Source: Burkholderiales bacterium
GTDB lineage: Bacteria > Pseudomonadota > Gammaproteobacteria > Burkholderiales > SG8-39
Direction of reading: 5' to 3'
DNA length: 64,000 nt
Assembly (NCBI GenBank): GCA_036526195.1
Contig: DATCYZ010000033.1
Span: 110,153-174,152 of the forward strand
This document shows, piece by piece, positions 40,504 through 55,661 of this stretch (position 1 is its first letter; every line of letters starts with the position of its first letter). The notes beneath the pieces were generated by a model. The model was not told the DNA's origin. It did no database searches and saw only the letters and a list, made by a program, of their open reading frames with translations. The position numbers were made by a program, and so were the translations under genes.

Positions 40504-41580
40504 ATGGGCTTCGATCTCTTCACTCCGAAGGCTCCCCCGCTGTTCGGGCTCGACGTCAGTTCCTCATCCGTCAAGATGCTGGAAATCGTCGATGCGGGCA
40601 AGGGCGCGTACCGGGTCGACCGATATGCCATGGAGGCATTGCCGCGTGATGCGGTGGTCGACGGCAACGTCAACAACCTCGAGGCGGTCGCCGAGGCCGT
40701 CAAGCGCGCCTACAAGCGCCTCGGCACGCGCACCAAGCACGTCGCCATGGCCGTGCCCTCGGGCGCGGTGATCACCAAGAAGATCATCGTCCAGTCCGGG
40801 CTGCGCGAGGACGAACTCGAGATCCAGGTCGAATCCGAGGCGAACCAGTACATCCCGTTTGCCCTCGAGGAGGTCAACCTGGACTTCCAGACGCTCGGGC
40901 CCTCCCCGTCGTCGCCGGAAGAGCAGGAAGTGCTGATCGCGGCGACACGCAAGGAGAAAGTCGAGGACCGCGTGGCGATCGCCGAATCGGCGGGACTCCG
41001 CGCGCTGGTGATGGACGTCGAGTCCTATGCCCAGCAGATGGCGCTGGCGCTGGTGGTTGAACAACTGCCCGGCGGTGGCAAGGACCAGAACATCGCGGTG
41101 GTCGATGTCGGCCAGAGCGTCATGCAGATCACCGTGTTGCGCAACGACCAGTCCGTCTATACGCGCGAACAGGCCTTCGGCGGCAGCCAGCTGACGCAGG
41201 ACATCGTCGCGCGCTACGGCATGTCGCCGGAAGAAGCCGAGAATGCCAAGCGCACCGGGGGGCTGCCCGACGATTACGAGGCCGAGGTCCTGCGCCCGTT
41301 CATGGAGAACGTGGCAATGGAAGTGCAGCGCGCGCTGCAGTTCTTCTTCAGTTCCACCCAATTCAACACCGTCGACCACATCCTGCTCGCGGGCGGCTCG
41401 GCCGTCATTCCGGGGCTGGACGAGGTGGTGAACACCCGCACGCAGGTCCCGGCCATTGTGGCCAACCCGTTTGCCTCGATGCAGACTTCGCCGCGAATCC
41501 AGTTGAAGCGCCTGATCGTCGATGCGCCCTCGCTGATCGTTGCCTGCGGGCTCGCCATGCGGAGGTTTGACCCGATATGA
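40504..41580 (+). CDS. pilM: Type IV pilus assembly protein PilM
   Basis: GLDVSSSSVK, EANQYIPF, VDVG, GGSQLT, LAGG, ACGLAMR. Confidence 0.96.
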   Translation: MGFDLFTPKAPPLFGLDVSSSSVKMLEIVDAGKGAYRVDRYAMEALPRDAVVDGNVNNLEAVAEAVKRAYKRLGTRTKHVAMAVPSGAVITKKIIVQSGLREDELEIQVESEANQYIPFALEEVNLDFQTLGPSPSSPEEQEVLIAATRKEKVEDRVAIAESAGLRALVMDVESYAQQMALALVVEQLPGGGKDQNIAVVDVGQSVMQITVLRNDQSVYTREQAFGGSQLTQDIVARYGMSPEEAENAKRTGGLPDDYEAEVLRPFMENVAMEVQRALQFFFSSTQFNTVDHILLAGGSAVIPGLDEVVNTRTQVPAIVANPFASMQTSPRIQLKRLIVDAPSLIVACGLAMRRFDPI

Positions 41581-42185
41581 GCACACGCATCAACCTGTTG
41601 CCGCATCGCGAGGAGCGCCGCAAGCGCGCCCGCCAGCACTTTGCCGTGCTCGCCGGGTTGACGGCCGTGCTCGGCCTGGCAGTCGTCGGCGCCGGCCACA
41701 TCTACAACAGCAACCAGTTGCAGACCCAGGCCGACCGCAACAGCTTCCTGGTCGGCGAGAACAAGAAACTCGACAAGGAAATCGAGGAAATCAAGAAGCT
41801 GAAGGACGAGATCGCCGCGCTGCTCGCGCGCAAGCAGGTAATCGAAACCCTGCAGACCGACCGCGCCCAGACCGTCCACCTGCTGGACGAACTGGTGCGG
41901 CAGATGCCCGAGGGCGTGTACCTGAAGTCCGTGACGCAGAAGGGCCTGTCGGTGCGGGTGAGCGGCTACGCCCAGTCGAATGCCCGCGTGTCCACGCTGA
42001 TGCGCAACATCGAATCCTCGCCCTGGCTGGAAAGCCCCGGCCTCATCGAGATCAAGGCCTCGATCGTCGACAAGAAGCGCGTCTCGGAATTCGACCTGAC
42101 GCTCGCGCTCAAGCGCGCCGCGAAGGACGAAGCCAAGGACGCAGCTGCCAAGGGCGCGGCCAAGCCGGCCGCGAAAAAAGGTTAA
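41577..42185 (+). CDS. pilN: Type IV pilus assembly protein PilN
   Basis: RINLLPHRE, TM helix, operon position. Confidence 0.95.
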   Translation: MSTRINLLPHREERRKRARQHFAVLAGLTAVLGLAVVGAGHIYNSNQLQTQADRNSFLVGENKKLDKEIEEIKKLKDEIAALLARKQVIETLQTDRAQTVHLLDELVRQMPEGVYLKSVTQKGLSVRVSGYAQSNARVSTLMRNIESSPWLESPGLIEIKASIVDKKRVSEFDLTLALKRAAKDEAKDAAAKGAAKPAAKKG

Positions 42186-42188
42186 GCC

Positions 42189-42842
42189 ATGGCGATCAAC
42201 CTCAACGCGATTGCCGAAGACTTCAAGCACCTCAATCCGAAGGATCCCGGCACCTGGCCGCTGATCCCGAAACTTGCGGCGCTGCTTGCGATCCTGGTCG
42301 CGCTGCCGGTGGGCGGCTATTTCGGGCACTGGCAGGGACAGATCGAGGAAATCGAGGCGGGCAAGCAGAAAGAGGTGAAGCTGAAGGAGGAGTACCTCAA
42401 CAAGAAGAAGCAGGCGGTCAACCTCGATTTGCTGAAGCAGCAGGAACGCGAGATCGAAACGCAGTTCGGCGCGCTGTTGCGCCAGTTGCCGAACAAGTCG
42501 CAGATGGACGCGCTGCTCGTGGACATCAACCAGGCCGGTCTTGGCCGCGGCCTGCTGTTTGAGCTGTTCAAGCCCGAAAGTGCCGAATCGGCCAAGGAGT
42601 TCTACGCCGAATTGCCGATCAAGGTGAAGGTTGTGGGCACGTACCACGACATGGGCGCCTTTGCCTCGGATGTCGGGCAGCTGCCGCGCATCGTCACGCT
42701 GAACGACGTTGCGATCACCGCGGGCAAGGACGGCAACCTCACCATGGACGCCACCGCGCGCACCTTCCGCTACCTCGACGAGGAAGAAATCGCGTCGCAG
42801 CGCAAGGCGCAGCAGGCCGCGAAGAAGGGGGCGAGAAAATGA
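42189..42842 (+). CDS. pilO: Type IV pilus assembly protein PilO
   Basis: LLRQLPNKSQM, FYAELPI, LPRIVTL. Confidence 0.95.
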   Translation: MAINLNAIAEDFKHLNPKDPGTWPLIPKLAALLAILVALPVGGYFGHWQGQIEEIEAGKQKEVKLKEEYLNKKKQAVNLDLLKQQEREIETQFGALLRQLPNKSQMDALLVDINQAGLGRGLLFELFKPESAESAKEFYAELPIKVKVVGTYHDMGAFASDVGQLPRIVTLNDVAITAGKDGNLTMDATARTFRYLDEEEIASQRKAQQAAKKGARK

Positions 42843-43366
42843 AGCGCCTGATCGTGCTGGCCTGCGCCAGCGTCCTCGCCGCCTGCGGCGGCGAGGAGCA
42901 CAGCGACCTCAAGCAGGAACTGACCGCAATGACCAAGGACGTGCGCGGTCGTGTCGACCCGCTGCCGAAGGTCAGGGATTACGAGCCGGTGCCCTACACC
43001 GCGGAAGGCGACGTCGACCCGTTCCGGCCCGATCGCATCATCGTCGCGCAGTCGGGAACGGCGACCGCGGCCGCCGGCAAGCTGGCACCCGACCGGGACC
43101 GCCCGAAAGAGCCGCTCGAAGCCTTTCCCCTCGAGTCGATCCAGATGGTCGGCACGCTCGAACAGAAGGACGCGGTATTTGCCCTCGTGGTGGCCGGGCA
43201 GAACCTGTACCGGGTCAAGAAGGGGAATTACATGGGACAGAATTTCGGCGTGATCACGTCCGTCAATGACGGACAGATCGCGCTCAAGGAGCTGGTGCAG
43301 GACGGGGCCGGCGAATGGACCGAACGCGAGAGCGCGCTGCAACTGCAGGAGGGAAGCAAACGATGA
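42839..43366 (+). CDS. pilP: Type IV pilus lipoprotein PilP
   Basis: Lipobox LAAC, DPF, EPLEAFPLE, GNYMGQNFG. Confidence 0.95.
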   Translation: MKRLIVLACASVLAACGGEEHSDLKQELTAMTKDVRGRVDPLPKVRDYEPVPYTAEGDVDPFRPDRIIVAQSGTATAAAGKLAPDRDRPKEPLEAFPLESIQMVGTLEQKDAVFALVVAGQNLYRVKKGNYMGQNFGVITSVNDGQIALKELVQDGAGEWTERESALQLQEGSKR

Positions 43367-45480
43367 TCATGCGAACCGTAGTCAAACTCCTCGCGTTCTG
43401 GCTCGCGGGCCTCGGTCTTGCGCTCGCGCAGGGCAACAGCATCGAATCGGTCAACGTCACCGAGCAGGGCGGCAAGGTGATCCTGAGGATCGTGACCAAG
43501 GAACCGCTTGCGGCCGTGCCGCCGAATTTCACCGTCGCCACCCCGGCGCGCATCGCGTTCGATTTCCCGAACACCGCGAACGCGCTCGGCCGCGCCAGCC
43601 AGGACTTCAGCCAGGGCGAACTGCGCAGCATGAACGTGGTGCAAGGCGCCAACCGCACGCGCCTGGTGCTCAACCTGCGCCGGCCGGTGCCGCACGAGGC
43701 GGTGATCGACGGCAAGGCGCTCGTCGTCACCCTGTCTGCGCCGGCGGTCTCCGCGGCGGCGCCGGCGGGCCAGACCGCGCACTTTGCCGACGGCAAGGTC
43801 GATGCCAAGCACGCGATCCGCGATGTCGACTTCCGCCGCGGCAGCTCGGGCGAAGGCCGGGTGGTGGTGGACCTCTCCGACACCTCGACCGGCATCGACA
43901 TCCGTCAGCAGGGCCAGAACCTGGTCGTCGAGTTCCTGAAGACCACGCTGCCGGAGAACCTGCGGCGGCGGCTGGACGTGGTCGACTTCGCCACGCCGGT
44001 GCAGCTGGTCAGCACCTTCCAGCAGGGCGAGAACGTGCGCATGGTGATCGAGCCACGCGGTCAGTGGGAGCACACGGCCTACCAGTCTGAGACCCAGTTC
44101 GTGGTTGAAGTGAAGCCGGTGTCCGCCGACCAGGGCCGCGCCTCGCAGCGCGGCCGTTATGTTGGCGAGAAGCTCTCGCTCAACTTCCAGAACGTGGAAG
44201 TGCGCGCGGTGCTGAACGTGATCGCCGACTTCACGGACCTCAACATCATCACCAGCGACACGGTGACCGGCAACATCACGCTGCGGCTGAAGGACGTGCC
44301 CTGGGACCAGGCGCTGGAGATCATCCTGCAGACCCGGGGGCTGGACAGCCGCAAGAACGGCAACGTGGTCTGGATCGCGCCGCGCGACGAGCTCGCCACC
44401 CGCGAGAAGCTCGCGCTCGAGGCACAGCAGCAGATCACCGAGCTCGAGCAGACGCGTACCGAGTCCTTCCAGATGAACTACCAGAAGGCCGGCGACGTGC
44501 AGAAGCTGCTCTCCGACCGCACCCAGCCGATCCTCTCGAAGCGCGGCAGCGCGGTGGTTGACGCGCGCACCAACACGCTGTTCGTCCAGGACGTGCCGAG
44601 CCGGCTGGAAGAGGTCCGAAAGCTGCTCGCGAAAATAGACATTCCGGTGCGCCAGGTGATGATCGAGGCGCGCATCGTCGAGGCGAGCGACACCTTCGCC
44701 AAGAACCTCGGTGCGAAGCTCGGCTTCAACGACGTCTCCCTGTTGCGGCAGCCCAATTCACCGGGTGGCCTCTCGGTTGCGGGCTCTCGCGACGACCGCT
44801 TCATCATCAGCGGCAACCAGATCGGTTCCGGCATCCGCACGGGCCAGACGCCGGACCCGGGCACCGGCTACTTCCCGGACGGCTACCAGGTCAACCTGCC
44901 CGCGGCCGGCCTGAACAGCTTCAGCGCGGGGCAATTCGCGATCACGCTGTTCCGGCCCTCGCTCACGCGCTTCATCAACCTGGAACTCACCGCGCTGGAA
45001 GCCGACGGCAAGGGCAAGATCATCTCCAGCCCGCGGGTGCTGACGGCAGACCAGGTCGAGGCGCTGATCGAGCAGGGCACGGAGATCCCGTACCAGCAGG
45101 CCACTTCCTCGGGGGCCACCGCGGTCTCGTTCCGCAAGGCGAACCTCGCGCTCAAGGTGAAGCCGCAGATCACGCCGGACGGCAACATCATCATGACGCT
45201 CGACGTGAACAAGGACGCGCCGGGCGCCACCACGCCGGCGGGCGTGCAGATCAGCACCAAGCACGTGAAGACCGAGGTTCTGGTCGAGAACGGCGGCACG
45301 GTGGTGATCGGCGGGATCTACGAGCAGACCGATCGCCAGGACGTCACCAAGGTGCCGTTCCTCGGGGACCTGCCCTACGTCGGGTTCCTGTTCAAGAACG
45401 ACCAGAAGACTTCGCAGAAGACCGAACTCCTGGTGTTCATCACGCCGCGGATCGTCAACGACCGGCTGAATCTGCGCTGA
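43363..45480 (+). CDS. pilQ: Type IV pilus secretin PilQ
   Basis: AMIN-type N-terminus, SLNFQNVEVR, VPWDQAL, QVMIEARIV, KVPFLGDLP, ELLVFITPRI. Confidence 0.96.
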   Translation: MIMRTVVKLLAFWLAGLGLALAQGNSIESVNVTEQGGKVILRIVTKEPLAAVPPNFTVATPARIAFDFPNTANALGRASQDFSQGELRSMNVVQGANRTRLVLNLRRPVPHEAVIDGKALVVTLSAPAVSAAAPAGQTAHFADGKVDAKHAIRDVDFRRGSSGEGRVVVDLSDTSTGIDIRQQGQNLVVEFLKTTLPENLRRRLDVVDFATPVQLVSTFQQGENVRMVIEPRGQWEHTAYQSETQFVVEVKPVSADQGRASQRGRYVGEKLSLNFQNVEVRAVLNVIADFTDLNIITSDTVTGNITLRLKDVPWDQALEIILQTRGLDSRKNGNVVWIAPRDELATREKLALEAQQQITELEQTRTESFQMNYQKAGDVQKLLSDRTQPILSKRGSAVVDARTNTLFVQDVPSRLEEVRKLLAKIDIPVRQVMIEARIVEASDTFAKNLGAKLGFNDVSLLRQPNSPGGLSVAGSRDDRFIISGNQIGSGIRTGQTPDPGTGYFPDGYQVNLPAAGLNSFSAGQFAITLFRPSLTRFINLELTALEADGKGKIISSPRVLTADQVEALIEQGTEIPYQQATSSGATAVSFRKANLALKVKPQITPDGNIIMTLDVNKDAPGATTPAGVQISTKHVKTEVLVENGGTVVIGGIYEQTDRQDVTKVPFLGDLPYVGFLFKNDQKTSQKTELLVFITPRIVNDRLNLR

Positions 45481-45504
45481 TTTGCCACGTCTCCTCCTGA
45501 CGGC

Positions 45505-45533
45505 ACGGCCGGGCTTGCCCGGCCGTTTTCTTT
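45505..45533 (+). terminator. Rho-independent terminator of the pil operon
   Basis: ACGGCCGGG-CTTG-CCCGGCCGT-TTTCTTT. Confidence 0.8.
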
Positions 45534-45558
45534 CCGGCGCCGCCGCTACAATGTCCCG

Positions 45559-46092
45559 ATGCAGTCGGCGGGCAACCTCATCCTGGTGGGACTGATGGGC
45601 GCGGGCAAGACGACCGCCGGGCGATTGCTCGCGCGCAGGCTCGGCCGCGAGTTCTTCGACAGCGACCATGAGATCGAGCGGCGCTGCGGGGTCGGCATTC
45701 CCGTGATCTTCGAGATCGAGGGCGAGTCGGGGTTTCGCGATCGCGAGGCGCAGATGATTGCAGAACTCGCCGGGCAGCACGACTGCGTGCTCGCCACCGG
45801 TGGCGGGGCGGTGCTGCGCGAGGCGAACCGCCGGGTGCTGGCGGCCGCCGGCACGGTGGTCTACCTGCACGCGAAGCCCGAAGCGCTCTATCGCCGGATC
45901 CGCCACGACCGCAACCGGCCGCTGCTTTCGGGCGCCGATCCGCTCGGCCGGCTGCAGGCGCTGTACGAGGAACGCGACCCGCTGTATCGCGAGATCGCCG
46001 ACCTGGTGGTCGAAACCGGCATCCAGAATGCCCGCACCCTGGCCCGCGCGCTGCAGACGCGTCTGGAGGAATCGTGCCTTCGCTCCGCGTAG
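45559..46092 (+). CDS. aroK: Shikimate kinase
   Basis: [27 protein letters not shown]. Confidence 0.96.
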   Translation: MQSAGNLILVGLMGAGKTTAGRLLARRLGREFFDSDHEIERRCGVGIPVIFEIEGESGFRDREAQMIAELAGQHDCVLATGGGAVLREANRRVLAAAGTVVYLHAKPEALYRRIRHDRNRPLLSGADPLGRLQALYEERDPLYREIADLVVETGIQNARTLARALQTRLEESCLRSA

Positions 46093-47174
46093 CGCTCGGC
46101 GAGCGCAGCTACCCCATCCACCTCGGGACGGGCGTGCTCGACGATGCGGCGCTTTATGCGCCGCATGCCGCCGGCCGGCGCGCGGCGATCGTCACCAACC
46201 CGGTCGTCGCCCCGCTGTATCTCGATCGTGTCGAGCGCGCCCTGGCCGCCTGCGACACGCAAACGGTCCGCATCGTGGTGCCGGACGGCGAGGCGGCCAA
46301 GGGCTGGGAAACGCTGGATCGCGTCTTCGATGCATTGCTCGCCGCGCATTGCGACCGCGAGACGCTCGTCGTGGCACTGGGCGGGGGCGTGGTGGGCGAC
46401 CTCGCCGGTTTCGCGGCCGCCACCTACCAGCGCGGGGTGCCGTTCCTGCAGATCCCGACAACATTGCTTGCGCAGGTCGATTCCTCGGTGGGCGGAAAGA
46501 CGGCCATCAATCATGCGCGTGGCAAGAACATGGTCGGCGCCTTTCACCAGCCGCAGGCGGTGCTCGCCGACATCGGCGTGCTGGCCACGCTGCCGCCACG
46601 CGAACTGCGCGCGGGACTGGCCGAGGTCATCAAGCACGGGCTTGCCCTGGACGCCGGTTTCGCGGACTGGATCGAGGCCAATATCGCGCTCCTGGTCGCG
46701 GGCGAGGCCCCGGCGCTGGAGCATGCGGTCCGCCGCTCGTGCGAACTCAAGGCCGCGGTGGTGGCGGAAGACGAACGCGAGGCCGGCCGGCGCGCCCTGC
46801 TGAACCTTGGCCATACCTTCGGCCACGCAATCGAGGCGGGAATGGGATACGGCGCCTGGCTGCATGGCGAGGCCGTGGCTGCGGGCATGGTGATGGCGGC
46901 GGACCTGTCGGCCCGCGCGGGCCTGCTCGCCGTCGACCAGGCGACGCGGGTGCGCCGCCTGGTCGCGCGCGCCGGCCTGCCGTCGCAGGGGCCGGCGGAC
47001 CTGCTGCCTGCGCGCTACCTTGAACTCATGAAGGTCGACAAGAAAGTTGCGGCCGGACGCATCCGCTTCGTGCTGCTCGAGGCGATCGGGCAGGCGGTGA
47101 TGCGGGGGGACATCGATCCGGCCCTCGCGCAGGCAACCATCGCCGACTGCACGAAAAAAACCGACGCCGCCTGA
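46074..47174 (+). CDS. aroB: 3-dehydroquinate synthase
   Basis: [41 protein letters not shown]. Confidence 0.97.
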   Translation: MPSLRVALGERSYPIHLGTGVLDDAALYAPHAAGRRAAIVTNPVVAPLYLDRVERALAACDTQTVRIVVPDGEAAKGWETLDRVFDALLAAHCDRETLVVALGGGVVGDLAGFAAATYQRGVPFLQIPTTLLAQVDSSVGGKTAINHARGKNMVGAFHQPQAVLADIGVLATLPPRELRAGLAEVIKHGLALDAGFADWIEANIALLVAGEAPALEHAVRRSCELKAAVVAEDEREAGRRALLNLGHTFGHAIEAGMGYGAWLHGEAVAAGMVMAADLSARAGLLAVDQATRVRRLVARAGLPSQGPADLLPARYLELMKVDKKVAAGRIRFVLLEAIGQAVMRGDIDPALAQATIADCTKKTDAA

Positions 47175-47289
47175 GCCCTCCGGCGGGTCTTGTCTGGACT
47201 GGGGTCGGCTAGTATATTCGGCAGTTCGCCCGCAGTTTGTGCAGAGCGGCGAAAACGTCAGAAAATCATTTGTATCCAGAGGCTTAGCC

Positions 47290-51936
<4,647 letters not shown>

Positions 51937-51938
51937 CG

Positions 51939-53396
51939 ATGGGCAAAATCACCGGATTCCTCGAGTTCGAACGCCTCGCCGAAGCCGCCGAGCCGCCGGA
52001 GGCGCGCACCCGGCATTACCGCGAGTTCGTGCTGCACCTCACCGACGCGCAGGCGGCGGTGCAGGGCGCGCGCTGCATGGACTGCGGCACGCCCTTCTGT
52101 ATGTCCGGCTGTCCGGTGAACAACATCATCCCGGACTTCAACGACCTTGTGTTTCGCGAGGATTGGCAGCGCGCGATCGAGACGCTGCACTCGACCAACA
52201 ACTTCCCGGAGTTCACCGGCCGCATCTGCCCGGCCCCCTGCGAGGAAGCCTGCGTCCTGCGCATCAACGACGATCCCGTGGGCATCAAGTCGATCGAGCA
52301 CGCGATCATCGACAAGGCCTTCGAGGAAGGCTGGGTGAAGCCGCTGCCCCCGGGAGTGAAGTCGGGCAAGCGCGTCGCCGTGGTCGGCTCGGGGCCGGCG
52401 GGGCTTGCCAGCGCGCAGCAACTCGCGCGCGCCGGCCATGAGGTGGTGGTGTTCGAGAAGAACGACCGCGTGGGCGGCCTGCTGCGCTACGGCATTCCGG
52501 ACTTCAAGATGGAGAAGTGGCTGATCGACCGGCGTGTCGAGCAGCTTCGGGCCGAGGGCGTCGTGTTTCGCACCAACCACGTGGTCGGACGCGCGCCGGT
52601 CGGCGCGGGCAATGCCGCGGCGACCGTGCTCGATGCGGCCACCATCGCCGATGAATTCGATGCCGTGGTGCTCGCGGGTGGCGCCGAGGTGCCGCGCGAC
52701 CTGCCGGTGCCGGGCCGCGAACTCGACGGCGTGCACTTCGCGATGGATTTCCTGCCGCTGCAGAACCGCCGCGTGGCCGGGGACACCGGCGTGGCCGACC
52801 TGTGGGCGAAGGACAAGCATGTCATTGTCATCGGCGGCGGCGACACCGGCTCGGACTGCGTCGGCACCTCGAACCGCCACGGCGCAAGATCGGTGACCCA
52901 GTTCGAGCTGCTGCCGATGCCGCCCGATCCCGAGGCCAACCCCGTCTGGCCGTACTGGCCGACACGGCTGCGCACGTCCTCCTCGCACGAGGAAGGCGTC
53001 GAGCGCGACTGGTCGGTGGCTACCAAGGCGCTGACCGGCAAGGACGGCCGGGTCACCGCCCTGCAGGGCGTGCGGCTCGAATGGAAGGACGGCAAACCCG
53101 TCGAGATCGCCGGCTCGGAATTCACCCTGCCGGCGGACCTCGTGCTGTTGGCGATGGGCTTCGTCTCGCCGGTGCAGTCGATGCTCGAATCCTTCGGCGT
53201 CGCCAGGGACGCGCGCGGCAACGCGCAGGCCGCCACCGAGGGCGCAGGCAGCTACCTCACCTCGGTGCCCAAGGTGTTCGCGGCAGGCGACATGCGCCGC
53301 GGCCAGTCGCTCGTGGTGTGGGCGATCCGCGAAGGGCGCCAGTGCGCGCGCGCGGTGGACGAGTTCCTCATGGGCACGTCGGTGCTTCCCCGCTAG
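51939..53396 (+). CDS. gltD: Glutamate synthase small subunit
   Basis: [56 protein letters not shown]. Confidence 0.97.
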   Translation: MGKITGFLEFERLAEAAEPPEARTRHYREFVLHLTDAQAAVQGARCMDCGTPFCMSGCPVNNIIPDFNDLVFREDWQRAIETLHSTNNFPEFTGRICPAPCEEACVLRINDDPVGIKSIEHAIIDKAFEEGWVKPLPPGVKSGKRVAVVGSGPAGLASAQQLARAGHEVVVFEKNDRVGGLLRYGIPDFKMEKWLIDRRVEQLRAEGVVFRTNHVVGRAPVGAGNAAATVLDAATIADEFDAVVLAGGAEVPRDLPVPGRELDGVHFAMDFLPLQNRRVAGDTGVADLWAKDKHVIVIGGGDTGSDCVGTSNRHGARSVTQFELLPMPPDPEANPVWPYWPTRLRTSSSHEEGVERDWSVATKALTGKDGRVTALQGVRLEWKDGKPVEIAGSEFTLPADLVLLAMGFVSPVQSMLESFGVARDARGNAQAATEGAGSYLTSVPKVFAAGDMRRGQSLVVWAIREGRQCARAVDEFLMGTSVLPR

Positions 53397-53408
53397 GCCC
53401 GCACGCCG

Positions 53409-54050
53409 ATGAATGCGCCGCCGGTCGCCGCCGAGAGGCTCTCGGATGCGCAGATGCTCAAGCTTGGCGCGCACGGCATCACGCGCAGCTTCCCGAAGCA
53501 GACGATCGTCCTCAGCGAAGGCGACGAGACCGACGCGCTCTACATCGTCATCGAGGGCCGCCTCAAGGTCTTCGTCGCCGACGAGCACGGCCACGAGATC
53601 GTGCTCTCGACGCTCGGGGCGGGCGAATACTTCGGCGAGATGGTGCTCGACGGCGGGCCGCGCTCGGCCTCGGTCATGACGCTCGAGCAAAGCCGCCTGC
53701 TGACCGTGCCCAAGGCGCAGTTCCGTGACTTCGTCACGAAGAACCCGGCTTTTGCGCTGAGCCTGATCGACAAGTTGATCCGGCGCGTGCGCGCACTCAC
53801 CGCCCACGTGAAGAGCCTCGCGCTGATGGATGTCTACGGGCGCGTGGCGCACCTGCTGCTCGACCTCGCCGAAGAGAAGAACGGCAAGCTGGTGATCGGC
53901 GAGCGCCTGACGCAGCAGGACATCGCCAACCGCGTCGGCGCCTCGCGCGAGATGGTCGGGCGCATCCTCAAGGACCTCGCCGTCGGCGGATATATCTCCG
54001 TGTCCAAGGACGGCATCGTGCTGCACCGCAAACCACCGCTGCACTGGTAG
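53409..54050 (+). CDS. CRP/FNR-family transcriptional regulator
   Basis: cNMP cassette GEYFGEM..DGGPRSASV; HTH LTQQDIANRVGASREMVGR. Confidence 0.93.
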   Translation: MNAPPVAAERLSDAQMLKLGAHGITRSFPKQTIVLSEGDETDALYIVIEGRLKVFVADEHGHEIVLSTLGAGEYFGEMVLDGGPRSASVMTLEQSRLLTVPKAQFRDFVTKNPAFALSLIDKLIRRVRALTAHVKSLALMDVYGRVAHLLLDLAEEKNGKLVIGERLTQQDIANRVGASREMVGRILKDLAVGGYISVSKDGIVLHRKPPLHW

Positions 54051-54092
54051 CCGGGCGGTTTCGTGCTGCGGCGCGAGGGTGCAAAAGTCGCA

Positions 54093-54120
54093 GGAACTAA
54101 GGGCATTGCTTCGCTGTCTG
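54093..54120 (+). promoter_or_regulatory. Putative ECF/sigmaE-type promoter
   Basis: GGAACT-N17-GTCTG, ~50 nt upstream of the small ORF at 54173. Confidence 0.45.
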
Positions 54121-54172
54121 GAAACTCCGGAGGCGCGAGACTGTTGACGCCGGATTCCTCAGGGAGGCCGCC

Positions 54173-54373
54173 ATGTCATTCAGGGAGTTGCTCCAGGCCA
54201 TCGCGATGCTCGTTCCCACGCTGGTGGTGCTGATTGCTGCCGCAGTGTCGATGGGCCATTCTGACGATCGACCGAGCCTGTCCAACGATTCGGTTGCGTC
54301 GGCGCCCCGCGCCCCGTATCGGCACGCTCGATCCAGCTTCGCGGCGGACGCCGAGTACGACGAGGGGCAGTAA
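54173..54373 (+). CDS. Small hypothetical protein with an N-terminal hydrophobic helix
   Basis: Strong GGAGG RBS, IAMLVPTLVVLIAAAVSM hydrophobic stretch, acidic tail, ECF-like promoter. Confidence 0.6.
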   Translation: MSFRELLQAIAMLVPTLVVLIAAAVSMGHSDDRPSLSNDSVASAPRAPYRHARSSFAADAEYDEGQ

Positions 54374-54421
54374 CCGTTTCGTTCCGGCGCCGCTATACTT
54401 CACCGCCTCAGGGGGGGTTGC

Positions 54422-54577
54422 ATGGTCCGTGGCGGTGGACGCCGCAGGGTCTTGTTCTGCACCGGTGCGCTGCGCGCAGCGACCGTCGCGCCTCGTTTTC
54501 ATCTGCAGCCAAACCTCTGTCCCGAGCGCGCGAAGACGTCGCGGATCCTGCCGTGCGCCGACCGGGTGCCCGAATGA
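54422..54577 (+). pseudogene. Internally deleted / decayed relic of an ABC_sub_bind-type SBP gene
   Basis: Manual translation MVRGGGRRRVLFCTGAL...PRFHLQPNL...ILPCADRVPE*; last 21 nt GCCGACCGGGTGCCCGAATGA match the SBP 3' ends (GCCGACCGGGTGATCGAATGA); TATACT and a G-rich RBS upstream. Confidence 0.55.
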
Positions 54578-54677
54578 GGCGAGCGAGCAGCAGGGGCGCG
54601 GGCGCGGTCGAAAAGTTCCTGATCGGCAACAGTTCCGGCGCCGCGGCACCGGCGCTCCGATTCGCGCCGGGCGCCCA

Positions 54678-55661
54678 ATGACAACGCGGCGGGAGACGCT
54701 CAGGCTGGTGGCGGGCATCGGACTCTGTGCTGCGCTGGGCGCTCAGGCTGCCCGCTTGCCGCGGATCGGCTACCTGCTCCTCGGGCCGGTGTACGACACG
54801 CCCTCGGTCGAGCGGCGGGCGTTTCTCGATGGCTTGCGCGCGCTTGGCCATGTTGCCGACCGCACGATCGAGATCATCTACAAGTCCGCGGAGGGCGAGA
54901 CGGTTTTCCTCGATGCCACGATCCGGGAACTGATCGACCTGCGCCCGGATGTGATCGTTGTCAGCAGTGCGGTGACGCTGCTTGCGCTGAAAAAGGCGAC
55001 TCGCACGATTCCGATCGTCATGCTGGCGATTGGCGATCCGGTCGGGGTCGGCGCAGTTGCGTCGCTTGCGCGCCCCGGTGGAAACATTACGGGCGTGTCC
55101 TTCATTTCGAGCGATCTCGCGCAGAAGCGCGTGGAACTGTTGCGCGCGGTCGCGCCGCGTGCCCGGACGCTTGCGGTCCTCTGGGATATGCGTAACGCCA
55201 ATACACGGAACGAGTCGAAGGCGGTTGAGGTGGCGGCGCGCGGGCTCGGTTTTTCAATCCGACCGATGCCCATCCGGTCCGAGACGGACCTTGCGGCCGC
55301 GCTTGTCGCACTTGCGAGGAATCGACCGGATACCGTTTACGTCTGCTTCGAAGGCCAGATCGTCGGTTCGCACGGTGCGATCCTTGCCCAGTTCGGACTG
55401 GATAACCGCCTTCCCATGGTCGTGGGCTGGACGCCCCTCGTCGATGCCGGCGGCCTGATCGCCTACGCGCCCCACATGCCGGCGATCTTCGCGCGCGCCG
55501 CCTATTTCGTCGACCGCATCCTGAAAGGCGCGCGACCCGCCGAACTGCCGATCGAGTTGCCGACCCGGCTCGAGTTGGTGGTCAACCTGAAGACCGCCAA
55601 GGCGATCGGTACCGCGATCCCGGGCGATCTGCTGCTGCGCGCAGACCGGGTGATCGAATGA
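54678..55661 (+). CDS. Orphan ABC-type substrate-binding protein (ABC_sub_bind-like), copy 1
   Basis: RR-containing signal, RIGYL, GDPVGVGAVASLARPGGNITGVS, KRVELL, GGLIAY, VDRILKGARPAELPIELPT, LLLRADRVIE. Confidence 0.9.
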   Translation: MTTRRETLRLVAGIGLCAALGAQAARLPRIGYLLLGPVYDTPSVERRAFLDGLRALGHVADRTIEIIYKSAEGETVFLDATIRELIDLRPDVIVVSSAVTLLALKKATRTIPIVMLAIGDPVGVGAVASLARPGGNITGVSFISSDLAQKRVELLRAVAPRARTLAVLWDMRNANTRNESKAVEVAARGLGFSIRPMPIRSETDLAAALVALARNRPDTVYVCFEGQIVGSHGAILAQFGLDNRLPMVVGWTPLVDAGGLIAYAPHMPAIFARAAYFVDRILKGARPAELPIELPTRLELVVNLKTAKAIGTAIPGDLLLRADRVIE

